Under the pieces are notes generated by a model. It did not search any database and was not told the origin of the DNA. It saw only the letters and a list, made by a program, of their open reading frames with translations. A program made the position numbers and the translations under genes. A stretch of 64,000 bases of DNA from an uncultured Actinomycetota bacterium (GTDB lineage Bacteria > Actinomycetota > Actinomycetes > JAHEKZ01): the NCBI GenBank assembly GCA_963829525.1, contig CAWHIJ010000003.1, positions 448,001 through 512,000 on the forward strand. Direction: 5' to 3'. Numbering within the stretch: the first letter of the stretch is position 1; every line of letters begins with the position of its first letter. Shown here one piece after another: positions 1 to 10,000 of the stretch.

Positions 1-1739
1 CATCTATCGACTCTCTGCGTTTCCGTCACGAGCTGGCCCGCGCAGCGATCGAGTCGGCCCTTCCCGCGCACCGTCGGCGGTCCATGAACCGTGCAGTGCT
101 CGACGTCCTCGCAGAGCGAGGTGACGTCGACGACGCGCGTCTGGCGCACCACGCTGAGCTCGCCGAGGATGCAGCCGCGGTGCTGATCTACGCACGGCGC
201 GCCGGTGAGCAAGCTGCCCACCTGGGTTCGCACCGCGAGTCCGCCGCCCAGTTCGAGAGGGCACTGCGTTGGGGGGATGCCGCCGACCCCAGCCTGGTTG
301 CGACGCTGCGCGACCGAGCGGCTGACGAGTACGGCTTGCTCGACCAGTGGGAGCGTTCAGTCGAGCAGCGCGAGCATGCCATCGAAGCCTGGCGTGAGCT
401 GGGGAACAGAAGGCGCGAGAGCACCTCACTGCGCAAGCAGTCGCACGCACAATGGCGCCTCTGTGACGGCGAGGCCCACGAGCGTCTCGCGGTCGAGGCG
501 ATGAAGGTGCTCGACGGTGAGCCAGAGTGTCCCGAGCTCGGCTGGGCGCTCAACGTGAACGCGACCATGCTCATGGCCAACCGGCCGGAGGAGGCAAGGG
601 GCCTGGCCCAGCGAGCGGTCGCGCTGGCTGACACCTTCGATGACACCGCACTGCTGTCCGATGCCCTCAACACCGTGGCCTGCACGATGTGGGGCGAGGA
701 GGGCATCCCCCTGTTGCGCCGGTCACTGGAGGTTGCGATCGCCGGTGGTCACGAGAGCCAGACCGGGCGTGCCTACAGCAATCTGCACAGCTTCCTGGTG
801 GCGCTGTACCGGTTTGCCGAGGCGGAGGAGGTGTTCGCGGACGGGCTCACCTACTGGGAGCTCAAGGACTTCTCCACGTACGAGGCGTGCCTCAAAGGCG
901 GGCACATCCGCGGTCTCGAACGCCAAGGCCGCTGGGGCGAGGCGCTGCTGCTCGGACGTGAGATCGTCGCGCGGGTGAGGGAGCACCTGTCACCGGTCAA
1001 CCGGCTCAATTCGCTCCAGGGGGTGGGACGCGTGCTCGCCCGCCAGGGAGACCCCGAGGGTGCGGAGATGCTCGACGAGGCGCTCGGACTGGCAAGAACC
1101 TTGGGCTCGAACGACTGGCTGGCAGACTCCCTCCTCGGTTCACTCGAGTGCGCTTGGCTCACAGGTGACGAGGAAACTGCGCGTCAGCTCGCCTCGGAGG
1201 TGTTGGCTCTGATCGGGCCTCTGGACCCCGCTTTCGTCGGGGAAGTGGCGGTGTGGGTCTCCCGCCTGGGTGTTGACTCCAGGGTGGGTACGGTGCCTGC
1301 GCCCTACTTTCTGATCCTCGATGGTCAGCACGCGGCGGGGGCGTCGGAGTTCGCAGGTCTCGGGCTGCACTACGAAGCGGCACTGTCGCTGCTGGACAGC
1401 GGGGAGCCCGAGGCGATGCGCGAGGCGGTCGTCCGGCTGGACGCCCTCGGTGCCACGGCCGCGTCCGCACGAGCCCGTCAGCTGATGCGCCGACAGGGGG
1501 TTGCGGCCATCCCGCGCGGCTCGCGGGCCTCTACCAGGGACGATCCGTTGGGCCTGACCGCTCGCGAACGCGAAGTTCTGTCGCTGGTCTGCGACGGCGC
1601 GTCCAACGCGCAGATCGCCGAGCGGCTGGTGATCTCGGCCAAGACGGTGGACCACCATGTGTCGTCCATCCTCGGCAAGCTCGGCGTGACGAGCCGGGCC
1701 GAAGCCGCCCGGATGGCACTGGCGGCGTCCGCAACATAG
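1..1739 (+). CDS. Large LuxR-family (ATPase/TPR/LuxR HTH) transcriptional regulator, 5' part outside the window
   Basis: Frame is open from the window edge (FRHELARAAI motif), has a TPR-like helical body and a C-terminal LuxR HTH (LTAREREVL...SNAQIAERLVISAKTVDHHVSSILGKLG). Confidence 0.9.
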   Translation, partial: SIDSLRFRHELARAAIESALPAHRRRSMNRAVLDVLAERGDVDDARLAHHAELAEDAAAVLIYARRAGEQAAHLGSHRESAAQFERALRWGDAADPSLVATLRDRAADEYGLLDQWERSVEQREHAIEAWRELGNRRRESTSLRKQSHAQWRLCDGEAHERLAVEAMKVLDGEPECPELGWALNVNATMLMANRPEEARGLAQRAVALADTFDDTALLSDALNTVACTMWGEEGIPLLRRSLEVAIAGGHESQTGRAYSNLHSFLVALYRFAEAEEVFADGLTYWELKDFSTYEACLKGGHIRGLERQGRWGEALLLGREIVARVREHLSPVNRLNSLQGVGRVLARQGDPEGAEMLDEALGLARTLGSNDWLADSLLGSLECAWLTGDEETARQLASEVLALIGPLDPAFVGEVAVWVSRLGVDSRVGTVPAPYFLILDGQHAAGASEFAGLGLHYEAALSLLDSGEPEAMREAVVRLDALGATAASARARQLMRRQGVAAIPRGSRASTRDDPLGLTAREREVLSLVCDGASNAQIAERLVISAKTVDHHVSSILGKLGVTSRAEAARMALAASAT

Positions 1740-1839
1740 GGAACGCCCTTACCAACATGGGGAGCCGATCCCCTGCCTCCGGCTACCCGGCGTCCGTAGC
1801 GTCCTGGACGTCCGCAGTACCGCATCACGACAGGAGAAA

Positions 1840-2094
1840 ATGATGCCGCTCTACATGGATGTCCACTCGATCGACGGTGGGGTCGCGCTCGACGACGTCG
1901 CCCAGGCCCACATGGCCGACCTGCAGGAGCAGAGCAAGCATGACGTCCGTTACCTGCGCTACTGGGTCTCGGAGGACGAGGGCAAGGTCTTCTGCCTGGT
2001 CGAGGCGCCGTCACCGGAAGCCGCGTCCACCGTCCACCGCGAGGCCCACGGGCTGGTCGCCCAGGACGTGTTCCTGGTCAGGGAGGGGTCATGA
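1840..2094 (+). CDS. DUF4242 / SCO4226-like small metal-binding protein
   Basis: MPLYMDVH...AHMADL...YLRYWV...KVFCLVEAP...HREAHGL pattern; AGGAG RBS upstream. Confidence 0.85.
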   Translation: MMPLYMDVHSIDGGVALDDVAQAHMADLQEQSKHDVRYLRYWVSEDEGKVFCLVEAPSPEAASTVHREAHGLVAQDVFLVREGS

Positions 2095-2573
2095 GGCGAG
2101 CCGCCGTCGTCGTGGGTCTGGCCGCAGCGACCCTGATGGCGACCACGTTGGTCATCCCTTCCGCGTCCGGGTCGGAGTCACAGTTCGCCGGCGTTCGCCA
2201 AGCGACAGCGTCTCTGCACAGGGTGGCGAAAGCCGAGGCCGCCGGCTACGAGAAGTTCCTTCCTTGCTTCGACTCACCTGGCGTTGGCGGGATGGGTCAG
2301 CACTACGCAGATCTGAACGCCATCGACGGGACGGTTGTCGCGAACCATCCGGAGGTACTCGTCTACGAGCCGCATGGAGACCGCATGCAGCTGGTGGCAG
2401 TCGAGTACGTCGTTCCCCAGACGGCCTGGACCGGCTCTGAGGCTCCGGAGCTGTTCGGTGAGGACTTCCACCAGAACGACACTCTGGGCATCTGGGCGTT
2501 GCACGCCTGGATCTGGCGTCCCAACCCCGGGGGGATGCACGCGGACTTCAACCCGCAGGTAGCGCTCTGCTGA
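2091..2573 (+). CDS. Secreted hypothetical protein
   Basis: Signal peptide; GMGQHY, PEVLVYEP, LVAVEY and WALHAWIWRPNP motifs; ATGA overlap with the upstream gene. Confidence 0.8.
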   Translation: MRRAAVVVGLAAATLMATTLVIPSASGSESQFAGVRQATASLHRVAKAEAAGYEKFLPCFDSPGVGGMGQHYADLNAIDGTVVANHPEVLVYEPHGDRMQLVAVEYVVPQTAWTGSEAPELFGEDFHQNDTLGIWALHAWIWRPNPGGMHADFNPQVALC

Positions 2574-2748
2574 CGACGCGCGACCGGGATTGCCGACGTC
2601 CATCTTGCGCTCGGTGAGGCTCCGCGAAGGACACGCAAAACTCCTTCGCGGAGGCTCACCGTGCTGGACGTGAACGTTGACCTGGCTGCCTGTCACCGAA
2701 CTCCAGCAGCGGTTCCGGGACAGGAGCCGTCGTGGCACCGTAGGTCAT

Positions 2749-3780
2749 GTGAACTCTCCCAACATCGACGTCAGCCGCGGGATCACTGGTCTGCGGCGTG
2801 TTGCGTTCCTGCTCGAGCGCGAGCTGGCCGAGGCGCACCGGGTCAAGGCATTCCGCGCGGCGGCGAACATCCTCGGCTCGCTAGCCCCCGATGACGTCGC
2901 CGGACGAGCCCAGCGCGGCACGCTTACCGACATCGCGGGCATCGGCCCCAAGACGTCGGCGGTGTTCATCGAGAGTGCCCGCGGAGGTGCCCCCACCTAT
3001 CTCGCCGAACTCGAGGCCCACCAGGCCCCGAACCCGGGCGAGGGCGCCAGTCTGCTCACTGCGCTTCGAGGTGACCTGCACATGCACTCGGACTGGAGCG
3101 ATGGGGGAAGCCCGATCCGCGAGATGGCTGTCACGGCCGCCGAGATCGGGCACGACTACGCCGTCCTCACCGACCACTCACCGACGCTGCGAGTCGCGAA
3201 CGGTCTGTCACCGGAGCGCCTGCGCGAGCAGTTGCACGTTGTTGCCCAGCTCAACTCCGAGCTCGCCCCCTTCCGGCTTCTCACCGGGATCGAGGTCGAC
3301 ATCCTCGAGGACGGCAGCATTGACCAGGAGCCCGCATTGCTCGAAAAGCTCGATTTGGTCGTCGCCTCGGTACACAGCAAACTGCGCTCGTCCCGCGAAG
3401 TGATGACTCGTCGGATGGTCACTGCCATCGCGAATCCGTACGTGGACGTCCTGGGTCACTGCACCGGCCGCATGGTCGCTGGGAGCCGCAAACGACCGGA
3501 GTCGGAGTTCGAGGCTGACCTCGTGTTCGAGGCCTGCAGGAAGTTCGGCGTTGCCGTCGAGATCAACTGCCGGCCCGAACGCCTCGACCCGCCCCGACGA
3601 CTGATCCAACAAGCCGTCGACCAGGGGTGTTACTTCTCCATCGACACCGACGCGCACGCACCCGGTCAGCTGGACTGGCAGGCCTACGGCTGTGCGCGTG
3701 CTGCCGAGTGCGGCGTCCCGGCCGAGCGGGTGATCAACACCTGGCCAACTGACGTGCTGTTGCAATGGTGCGCCAGCTAG
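2749..3780 (+). CDS. PHP-domain protein with N-terminal PolX-like HhH domain
   Basis: GIGPKT HhH motif; PHP motifs DLHMHSDWSDG, TDHS, GIEVD, SVHS, LGH and DTDAH. Confidence 0.88.
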   Translation: MNSPNIDVSRGITGLRRVAFLLERELAEAHRVKAFRAAANILGSLAPDDVAGRAQRGTLTDIAGIGPKTSAVFIESARGGAPTYLAELEAHQAPNPGEGASLLTALRGDLHMHSDWSDGGSPIREMAVTAAEIGHDYAVLTDHSPTLRVANGLSPERLREQLHVVAQLNSELAPFRLLTGIEVDILEDGSIDQEPALLEKLDLVVASVHSKLRSSREVMTRRMVTAIANPYVDVLGHCTGRMVAGSRKRPESEFEADLVFEACRKFGVAVEINCRPERLDPPRRLIQQAVDQGCYFSIDTDAHAPGQLDWQAYGCARAAECGVPAERVINTWPTDVLLQWCAS

Positions 3781-3804
3781 AGATGGGTTCATTGGGAAGA
3801 CATG

Positions 3805-3839
3805 CAGTGGCGAGGCGTGGAATCCACGCCTCGCCACTG
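3805..3839. terminator. Perfect GC-rich hairpin between convergent genes
   Basis: CAGTGGCGAGGCGTGGA-A-TCCACGCCTCGCCACTG, 17-bp inverted repeat. Confidence 0.75.
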
Positions 3840-3884
3840 GTTGTCACACCGATCAGGCAGGTTTCTCCAGATCGGTAAGAGTGG

Positions 3885-4544
3885 TTACTTCACCAGGTCG
3901 GCGACGGTCACAACCTTGCCGAACATCATTCCACCCTCAAATGCCTTGCTCTTCAACTCACCGTTAAGCAGACTTGCGGCACCACGGGTGAGGTGAATGC
4001 CAATTCCGGCGACCCGAGCCTTCGTTGGCGCAGTTTTGTCGTTGTACGTCGGAACCAACGGCGGGTCAAAAACCTTGACTACGAAGACGGCCACAGGGTC
4101 GACTGTGTCACCGTTGATCGAGCGGGCAAAGACCTTCATGCGGTCGAAGTTCACGACGAAGTCGCCGAACTTCATTACCTTGCCGTTGTTGGTGTTGAGG
4201 ACGCGGATGGTTCCTGTGTGAGAAACTCTCCCGCCGGTAACGGCGCCAACCGTTCCTCCGATGGGGTTGTCTTCGAGCGTCAACTTGCTCGGAGTCGTCA
4301 CACTAAAGGTGAACTGCTGGCGTGCCTCGCCACCCTTGCGGATGATGACCGAAGAGGCACCGTTGGTGCCCTTCATCAGGATTCCGTCTGCGGTGAGGTT
4401 GTGCAGAACCTTCGCAGTTGTCGTGATCTCAGTTCGGCCTCCGTAGATGGGGGCAGTGCTGTCGGCCATCGCCGGTGCAGCCACAGTCCCCACGAGTAGC
4501 GTGGAGGCCCCTACGATTGCGAGTACTTTCCTGGAGAGTCTCAT
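3885..4544 (-). CDS. Secreted hypothetical protein
   Basis: Signal peptide MRLSRKVLAIVGASTLLVGTVAAPAMA; GGAG RBS; beta-rich body. Confidence 0.75.
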   Translation of the reverse strand: MRLSRKVLAIVGASTLLVGTVAAPAMADSTAPIYGGRTEITTTAKVLHNLTADGILMKGTNGASSVIIRKGGEARQQFTFSVTTPSKLTLEDNPIGGTVGAVTGGRVSHTGTIRVLNTNNGKVMKFGDFVVNFDRMKVFARSINGDTVDPVAVFVVKVFDPPLVPTYNDKTAPTKARVAGIGIHLTRGAASLLNGELKSKAFEGGMMFGKVVTVADLVK

Positions 4545-4719
4545 CTCAACTCCTTCGAAGTTGCAGATTCGTGGGCTCTGAACCCACACTCCCTGTCTAC
4601 GCCCGCACCTGCAGAGGCAACAGCCCAAAATTGGGTGGGGTCGTGACCTTGGACCCTGTCCCCGCCCTCAGCTGATCTCCTACCGTTGGGCTATCCGAGA
4701 AACTGACGGGGGCAGCCTC

Positions 4720-5472
4720 ATGTCAGAATTTCAATCGGCACGGCACAGACCACCAGCAACAGCGATCCCCGGGGAGGTCGTGGCTTATGCAGTCCGTGCC
4801 TCTCCCGACCTCATCCGGGTCGTGAACGATGAGGGGGTCGTGGTCTACGCCTCAGATGCCGCCGAGGAGATTCTCGACCGTGATCCCAAAGATCTTGTGG
4901 GACAAGGGGTAACCGGCGTCAAAGGCTCGGTTGAGGACCAGACCTTGGACTCTGCGTGCCGGAGGGCACGGGAGGGTCAAAAGACCGTACGCGTGGTCCA
5001 CCGAGCAAAGAAGGGTGACGCGGCACACCGCTGGTGTGAGACGACGATTCGCGTGCTGAGAACGGCTCGCGGCCAGTTTTCGGTTTTGGTCACTCGGCAA
5101 GCCCTGGCCCCGGTCGTTGAGCCGAAACGTGGTTTCGCTGCCAGGGGGAATGCCACGGGTGCCGAGCGCGACGTTGGGCCGAGCGCCGCGGCGGATGCGC
5201 GCCAACTCTGCCGGCACCTCACGGACCGCGAACTGCAGGTGCTCAATTGCCTGGGCGAAGGGTTGTCGGTCGGCGAGGTGGGTCAACGTCTCCACATCCG
5301 GGAGAGCACGGTGCGGGGGCACGTAAAGTGCCTGCTGCACAAGCTGCAGGTGCACTCGCAGCTTCAGGCCGTGCTCGTGGGGATGGAAGGGGGCGTCGTC
5401 CCGAACGGGTTGGCGGTCCTTGAGCGTCGCAACCAGGCGGCTGTGACAGCGTCGATGGCCAATCCACACTAG
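4720..5472 (+). CDS. PAS-domain LuxR-family regulator
   Basis: N-terminal PAS-like segment; C-terminal LTDRELQVL...TVRGHVKCLLHKL HTH. Confidence 0.8.
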   Translation: MSEFQSARHRPPATAIPGEVVAYAVRASPDLIRVVNDEGVVVYASDAAEEILDRDPKDLVGQGVTGVKGSVEDQTLDSACRRAREGQKTVRVVHRAKKGDAAHRWCETTIRVLRTARGQFSVLVTRQALAPVVEPKRGFAARGNATGAERDVGPSAAADARQLCRHLTDRELQVLNCLGEGLSVGEVGQRLHIRESTVRGHVKCLLHKLQVHSQLQAVLVGMEGGVVPNGLAVLERRNQAAVTASMANPH

Positions 5473-5523
5473 ATTCTTCGCTGCCGATCGTCGGCGACTC
5501 ACCGACCACGGCAGAGGTGACCT

Positions 5524-6252
5524 GTGGCTGCTCGACTGGAGTTCCTCGATGCACAGCAGACGCCCATGGGCGTGATCAGCCTGCGTCGCCGTCTTGACCC
5601 AGTGTCTGGTCAGATCGTCTACGAGGCCAAGCTCGACGATGAGTTCTTGATGTCCAGCCTGTTCACTGCCGCTGAGGAGGAAGTTGCTCGGTTGGCGTTG
5701 GCTGAGGTAGACGGCGACGAACTCGATGTTGTCGTTGGCGGGTTAGGCCTCGGCTACACCGCGCACACCGTGCTCACGGACCCCCGCGTTCACTCTCTCA
5801 TCGTCGTTGATGCGCTGGGCCAGGTGATCGACTGGCACCAGCGTCATCTGCTGCCGCTCGGTGATCCCCTGACTTCCGACTCGCGGTGCCGAATGGTCCA
5901 GGGTGACTTCTTCACGCTCGCTGCCGGTGACGGCTTCGACGCCGCTGAGCCCGACCGACGGTTCGACGCGGTGATCGTTGACATCGACCACTCACCCCGC
6001 GAGCTGCTGCATCCGAGCCACGCCGGCTTCTATGAGCCGACCGGCATCCGGCGACTCGCCAGGCACCTGCGCCCAGGTGGTGTATTCAGCCTCTGGTCCA
6101 ACGACCCACCGGACGCTGCATACACCGCAGAGCTCGAAGCCGTCTTCGTCGATGTGCGGGCAGAGGTGGTGCGCTTTGACGGCGCTCTGCCCGATCGCGA
6201 GGCGACGAACACCGTCTATGTCGCGCGGCGTCCGAATGATCCGAATGAGTAG
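5524..6252 (+). CDS. Spermidine synthase-like SAM-dependent methyltransferase
   Basis: VVVGGLGLGYT SAM-binding motif, FDAVIVDIDHSP, LRPGGVFSLWS. Confidence 0.85.
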   Translation: MAARLEFLDAQQTPMGVISLRRRLDPVSGQIVYEAKLDDEFLMSSLFTAAEEEVARLALAEVDGDELDVVVGGLGLGYTAHTVLTDPRVHSLIVVDALGQVIDWHQRHLLPLGDPLTSDSRCRMVQGDFFTLAAGDGFDAAEPDRRFDAVIVDIDHSPRELLHPSHAGFYEPTGIRRLARHLRPGGVFSLWSNDPPDAAYTAELEAVFVDVRAEVVRFDGALPDREATNTVYVARRPNDPNE

Positions 6253-6257
6253 TGCGG

Positions 6258-7408
6258 CTACTCCTTGACCATGGCGGGATTCGCGGCAACCGCCAGCGCA
6301 GTCAACGCCAGTGCTTTTGCCCCTTCGAGCATCGTCTTGTCGCCCTCGGGGGAGATGCAAGCAGCGGCGAACTCGTGCTGGTGGTTGACCGCTGGATAGC
6401 AGTAGACCGCCATGTCGGCGTGCAGGCCCGGCACCCGTTGGCTCACGTTGCCGAAGTCAGTGGAGCCGCCGAGCTCGTCACCCGCCGGATCGGGGTAGTG
6501 CTCGCGCCCAATGGCCTCGCAGGCTTTGGAGAACGTTTTGACCAGCGCGTCATTGCGCTTGAGGGCCTCGAACACATAGCCGTTGACGGTGATCTCAACG
6601 GTCGTTCCAGTGGCCAGGGCCGCACCCTCCAGGCATGCCCGCACCCGCGTCCGTAAGTCCTCGAGGTCTTCCATCGTCACAGCTCGCAGATAGTAGGACG
6701 CCTCGGCGCGCTCAGGGATCACGTTGGGGGCCTTGCCGCCGTCGACGATGACACCGTGCACCTGCTGCCACTTTCGGAATGACTGCCGGAGCAGTGAGAT
6801 GTTGTTGTACCCGGCAATGACTCCGTCCAGTGCGTTGAGGCCAAGCTCGGGAGAGCCAGACGCGTGGGACGCCTTGCCGTGGTTCACGACGACCCACTCT
6901 TCGCACGCCAGCGCCGCGGGACCGTAGTCGTCGAAGGGTGACGGATGCATCATCATCGCAGCATCCGCGTCATCGAAGGCGCCAGCATTAATCAGTTCGA
7001 CCTTGCCGCCGCCGACCTCCTCGGCGTGAGTGCCGAGCACTGTGAGACGCATGTTCGCGGCGTCCAGCAGCGGTGCCAGCGCGATTCCAGCTCCGAGGCC
7101 CGAGGCGGCGATGATGTTGTGGCCGCAGGCGTGCCCGACACCAGGCAGCGCGTCGTACTCAGCGCAGATGATCACGTGCGTATCACCGCTGCCCAGCCGT
7201 GCCGCAAAGCTAGTGGGTAGTCCGTAGGCGGTGCGTTCGACGCTGAATCCGTGCTGCTCCAGCAGGTCGGCACAGCGCGCCGCCGCTCGATGCTCTTCAT
7301 AGGAGAGCTCGGGGTCGGCTGACAGCTCATGGGAAAGTGCGACGAGTGGTCGGCAATCGCGGCAGTGTTGGCGGTGACTGCAGTGACATCTTCGGGTGTG
7401 AACGCCAT
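6258..7408 (-). CDS. M20-family amidohydrolase, one frameshift near 7347
   Basis: The frame of ORF 6258..7175 extends upstream as LVALSHELSADPELSYEEHRAA...AEYDALPGVGHACGHN; also AEEVGGGK and GSTDFGNVS motifs. The ATG at 7408 is in another frame. Confidence 0.82.
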
Positions 7409-7610
7409 GCGGTGATAGTGCCGCATCGACGAGTGCCCGACTGATTGGGGGTCATCCGCTGCCTGAACGCCCCGAGCGAGGACCTAAGGAAGCGGTAAAC
7501 GTTCAGACACTTTTCGTGCCCTCAGGTTACTTGGGAGGCTCGGACTGGGTTACGGTCGCACGGCGGCTCCGAGGACGAGCCTTTCACCTCCTTGGGAAGA
7601 GAACACAACG

Positions 7611-8885
7611 ATGGAACTGACACCACCTTCCGCTGTCCGCACAGTGGCCCTGCTCGGGGCGGGCGCTCTCGTGGCCACCTTGGCCGTTGTTGTTGCCCCT
7701 GCTGACGACGCAGATGCGGGGCGCCCTTGTCGCATCAGCACCAGCACCACCCTTGACTCGAAGACCCGCCTTGCTGGCGGCGCTGTCATGCGGCGCTTCA
7801 CGGCGAGTGCTCAAGGTGCGGCAAAGGGAGGGGATGACCAAAAAGCTAAAGCCATCCTGACTTCGTGGCCTACCGGCGCCTATCCGTCGCTCATCAACCC
7901 CAAGATCGGTGAGCGCATGATCACTGGTGCCATGGTGAAGAAGCAGCAGTCGCTGGCCCTAGGCGCTATCAACGGGGACTTCTTTCGCTCGACCAGTATT
8001 CGGTACGCCTCCGGGATCGAGATGTCGCGTGGGCCGATGGTGCGAGGTGGAGAGGTGATCCGTGGATCCAAGGACAAGCAGGTCGTCGTCGGTGTGGACA
8101 CCGCCGGACAACCATACGGAGCGACGTTGGGCGTTCGCGGCAGCGTTCAGCCTCGGCTCGCTACTGCCAGCCCCGTTCCCGTCGTGTCGGTCAACTGGAA
8201 CAAGCTCGTCGGTGGGGGTGTGAACGTCTACACGACCGACTGGAGCGATGCCGTGCGGACGGATGGCAGGCAGGCCACGCCACGACCGGCTGGCGCTGTC
8301 GAGTGGGTGCTGAACTCGCGTGACAAGATCAAAACGATTCGCTCGGCAACGAACAACACGAGGCAGCTCGGTGCGCCCGTGGCAGAGGGTACCCAGGTGC
8401 TCGCCTTCGCGGATAAAGTTGGGTCCCCCCAGGTTCCTACGGGCACGAGGGTCAAGGTCGATGTCAAGCAGGCCGCTGGCGGTGCGCAGCTCTTTACCGC
8501 CATCGGTCGCGGTTTCACCCTGGTTGAAGGTGGTGTCGCAGGCCCGCGCGGGTGCCGGTCCTACGACGTATCTACCGATGGCCGGCCACGCACGGTCATC
8601 GGCTGGGACAAAGACGGTCAGTGGCGCACCGTCACGATCCCCGGCACTCGCTTCGAGAGCGACGGCCTCCGGCAAGGTGGCTTCGGACTGGCCAACGTAG
8701 CCAACGTCGCCAAGAAGCTGGGCCTGGCCAATGCCTACGAACTCGACGGTGGAGGATCAACAACACTGTGGACGCGAAGCACCAGCGGAATCTGGTCACG
8801 TCGCGATCTTTTCGGAGTCGACACGAGAGTGTGTTCCTGCGAGCGACCGGTGACCAACGGTCTGGCCTTCCTGGCCGGCCCCTGA
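7611..8885 (+). CDS. Secreted phosphodiester glycosidase (NAGPA-like) family protein
   Basis: Signal peptide; AINGDFF, PRTVIG, ELDGGGSTT and RPVTNGL motifs. Confidence 0.8.
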   Translation: MELTPPSAVRTVALLGAGALVATLAVVVAPADDADAGRPCRISTSTTLDSKTRLAGGAVMRRFTASAQGAAKGGDDQKAKAILTSWPTGAYPSLINPKIGERMITGAMVKKQQSLALGAINGDFFRSTSIRYASGIEMSRGPMVRGGEVIRGSKDKQVVVGVDTAGQPYGATLGVRGSVQPRLATASPVPVVSVNWNKLVGGGVNVYTTDWSDAVRTDGRQATPRPAGAVEWVLNSRDKIKTIRSATNNTRQLGAPVAEGTQVLAFADKVGSPQVPTGTRVKVDVKQAAGGAQLFTAIGRGFTLVEGGVAGPRGCRSYDVSTDGRPRTVIGWDKDGQWRTVTIPGTRFESDGLRQGGFGLANVANVAKKLGLANAYELDGGGSTTLWTRSTSGIWSRRDLFGVDTRVCSCERPVTNGLAFLAGP

Positions 8886-8892
8886 CCACTGC

Positions 8893-9888
8893 CTAGCGTT
8901 TGGACTTATCGCCAATCCAGCGAAGCGGGCCGGTGAGCTTCCACGACGTGCTTTCGAGCAGATCGTTTTCGCGGTCCCGCAAGTGCCCGATCTCAGTCTC
9001 GAGTCGCGTGTTCTCGTCTCGCTGGTGGGTGAGGGCCCGGTGCAGGACGCCGTAACGTGCGTTTCGTCCACGAACGTCGTTTAGCCAGTCGATGTCTATG
9101 AGTCGCGAGCTGCTCCTCGGACGGTCACGTTCGTACTGCCAGTGTTCAAAATCATCGCTGTACATCGAGACAACCAGGTCGAAAGTCCGATCGGTGACCA
9201 GCTCGGCGCGGTAGGGAATCACGGTCTCGTTGATTCGTGGCGCTTCGCCGGCGTCGAGTCCACGCTGCCGCAGGTACTCGCCGATCGTTCTCAGGCCCTC
9301 CGCCATTGACTCTTGGCGGAGTACCAGACCGTCACCTGCGGGTGGGCGGGCGAGCAGCCTGAACTGCGGCCATAGGTGCACGTCGACTGCGAGGAAGCCT
9401 CGTTCGGAGACCAGCTCGTGGAGAGCTACGACGAACTCTTCGAAGAGGTCGGCTATGTGCTGTTCGCTTTCGATGGCCTCGGGCAGCTTGGGGAACCCCT
9501 CGGGGAGACGCTCTGCGTAGTAGGGCTCCCCAATGAGGTACTTGCCGGACCACGCGGAGAACAGCCGCGACAGGGGGTGCCGCACCGGCTTTACCGTCAG
9601 CACGTCGGTGGAGGTGAGGGCGTCGTCTCGCTGCTCTGCGGACAGGTCGACCCAGGTGTACACGAGGTCGATCCCCTGGTCCCAGACCGTCTGGAATGGG
9701 GCCGACTCGCCCCACCATGACTCAGCAGTGCGAGCACGCACATCGAGACCGTGGGCGGCGAGCAGCCACCACCGCAGCGTGGTGCCAGCTGCCTTGGGGT
9801 TTCCTGCGACGAACAGACGGGTGGAGGGGAAGAACATCGAGGTGTGCAGCGAGTGCCTGATGTAGGGGTCGCTGTCAATCTGCACCAT
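8893..9888 (-). CDS. Sulfotransferase family 2 protein with C-terminal coiled coil
   Basis: PKAAGTT 5'-PSB-like motif, VRHPLSRLFSAW 3'-PB-like motif, HLWPQ, YSDDFEHW; tail STSWKLTGPLR. Confidence 0.78.
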   Translation of the reverse strand: MVQIDSDPYIRHSLHTSMFFPSTRLFVAGNPKAAGTTLRWWLLAAHGLDVRARTAESWWGESAPFQTVWDQGIDLVYTWVDLSAEQRDDALTSTDVLTVKPVRHPLSRLFSAWSGKYLIGEPYYAERLPEGFPKLPEAIESEQHIADLFEEFVVALHELVSERGFLAVDVHLWPQFRLLARPPAGDGLVLRQESMAEGLRTIGEYLRQRGLDAGEAPRINETVIPYRAELVTDRTFDLVVSMYSDDFEHWQYERDRPRSSSRLIDIDWLNDVRGRNARYGVLHRALTHQRDENTRLETEIGHLRDRENDLLESTSWKLTGPLRWIGDKSKR

Positions 9889-10000
9889 GGGCTCACGCTA
9901 CCGGCCGCCCATGGGTCGTGCCGCAAGTCACGTGGTCCGAGCCGGTACCTATGCTGTCTGACGCCTATGCTGAGCACGGTTCCGATCGATAAGGAGAACT

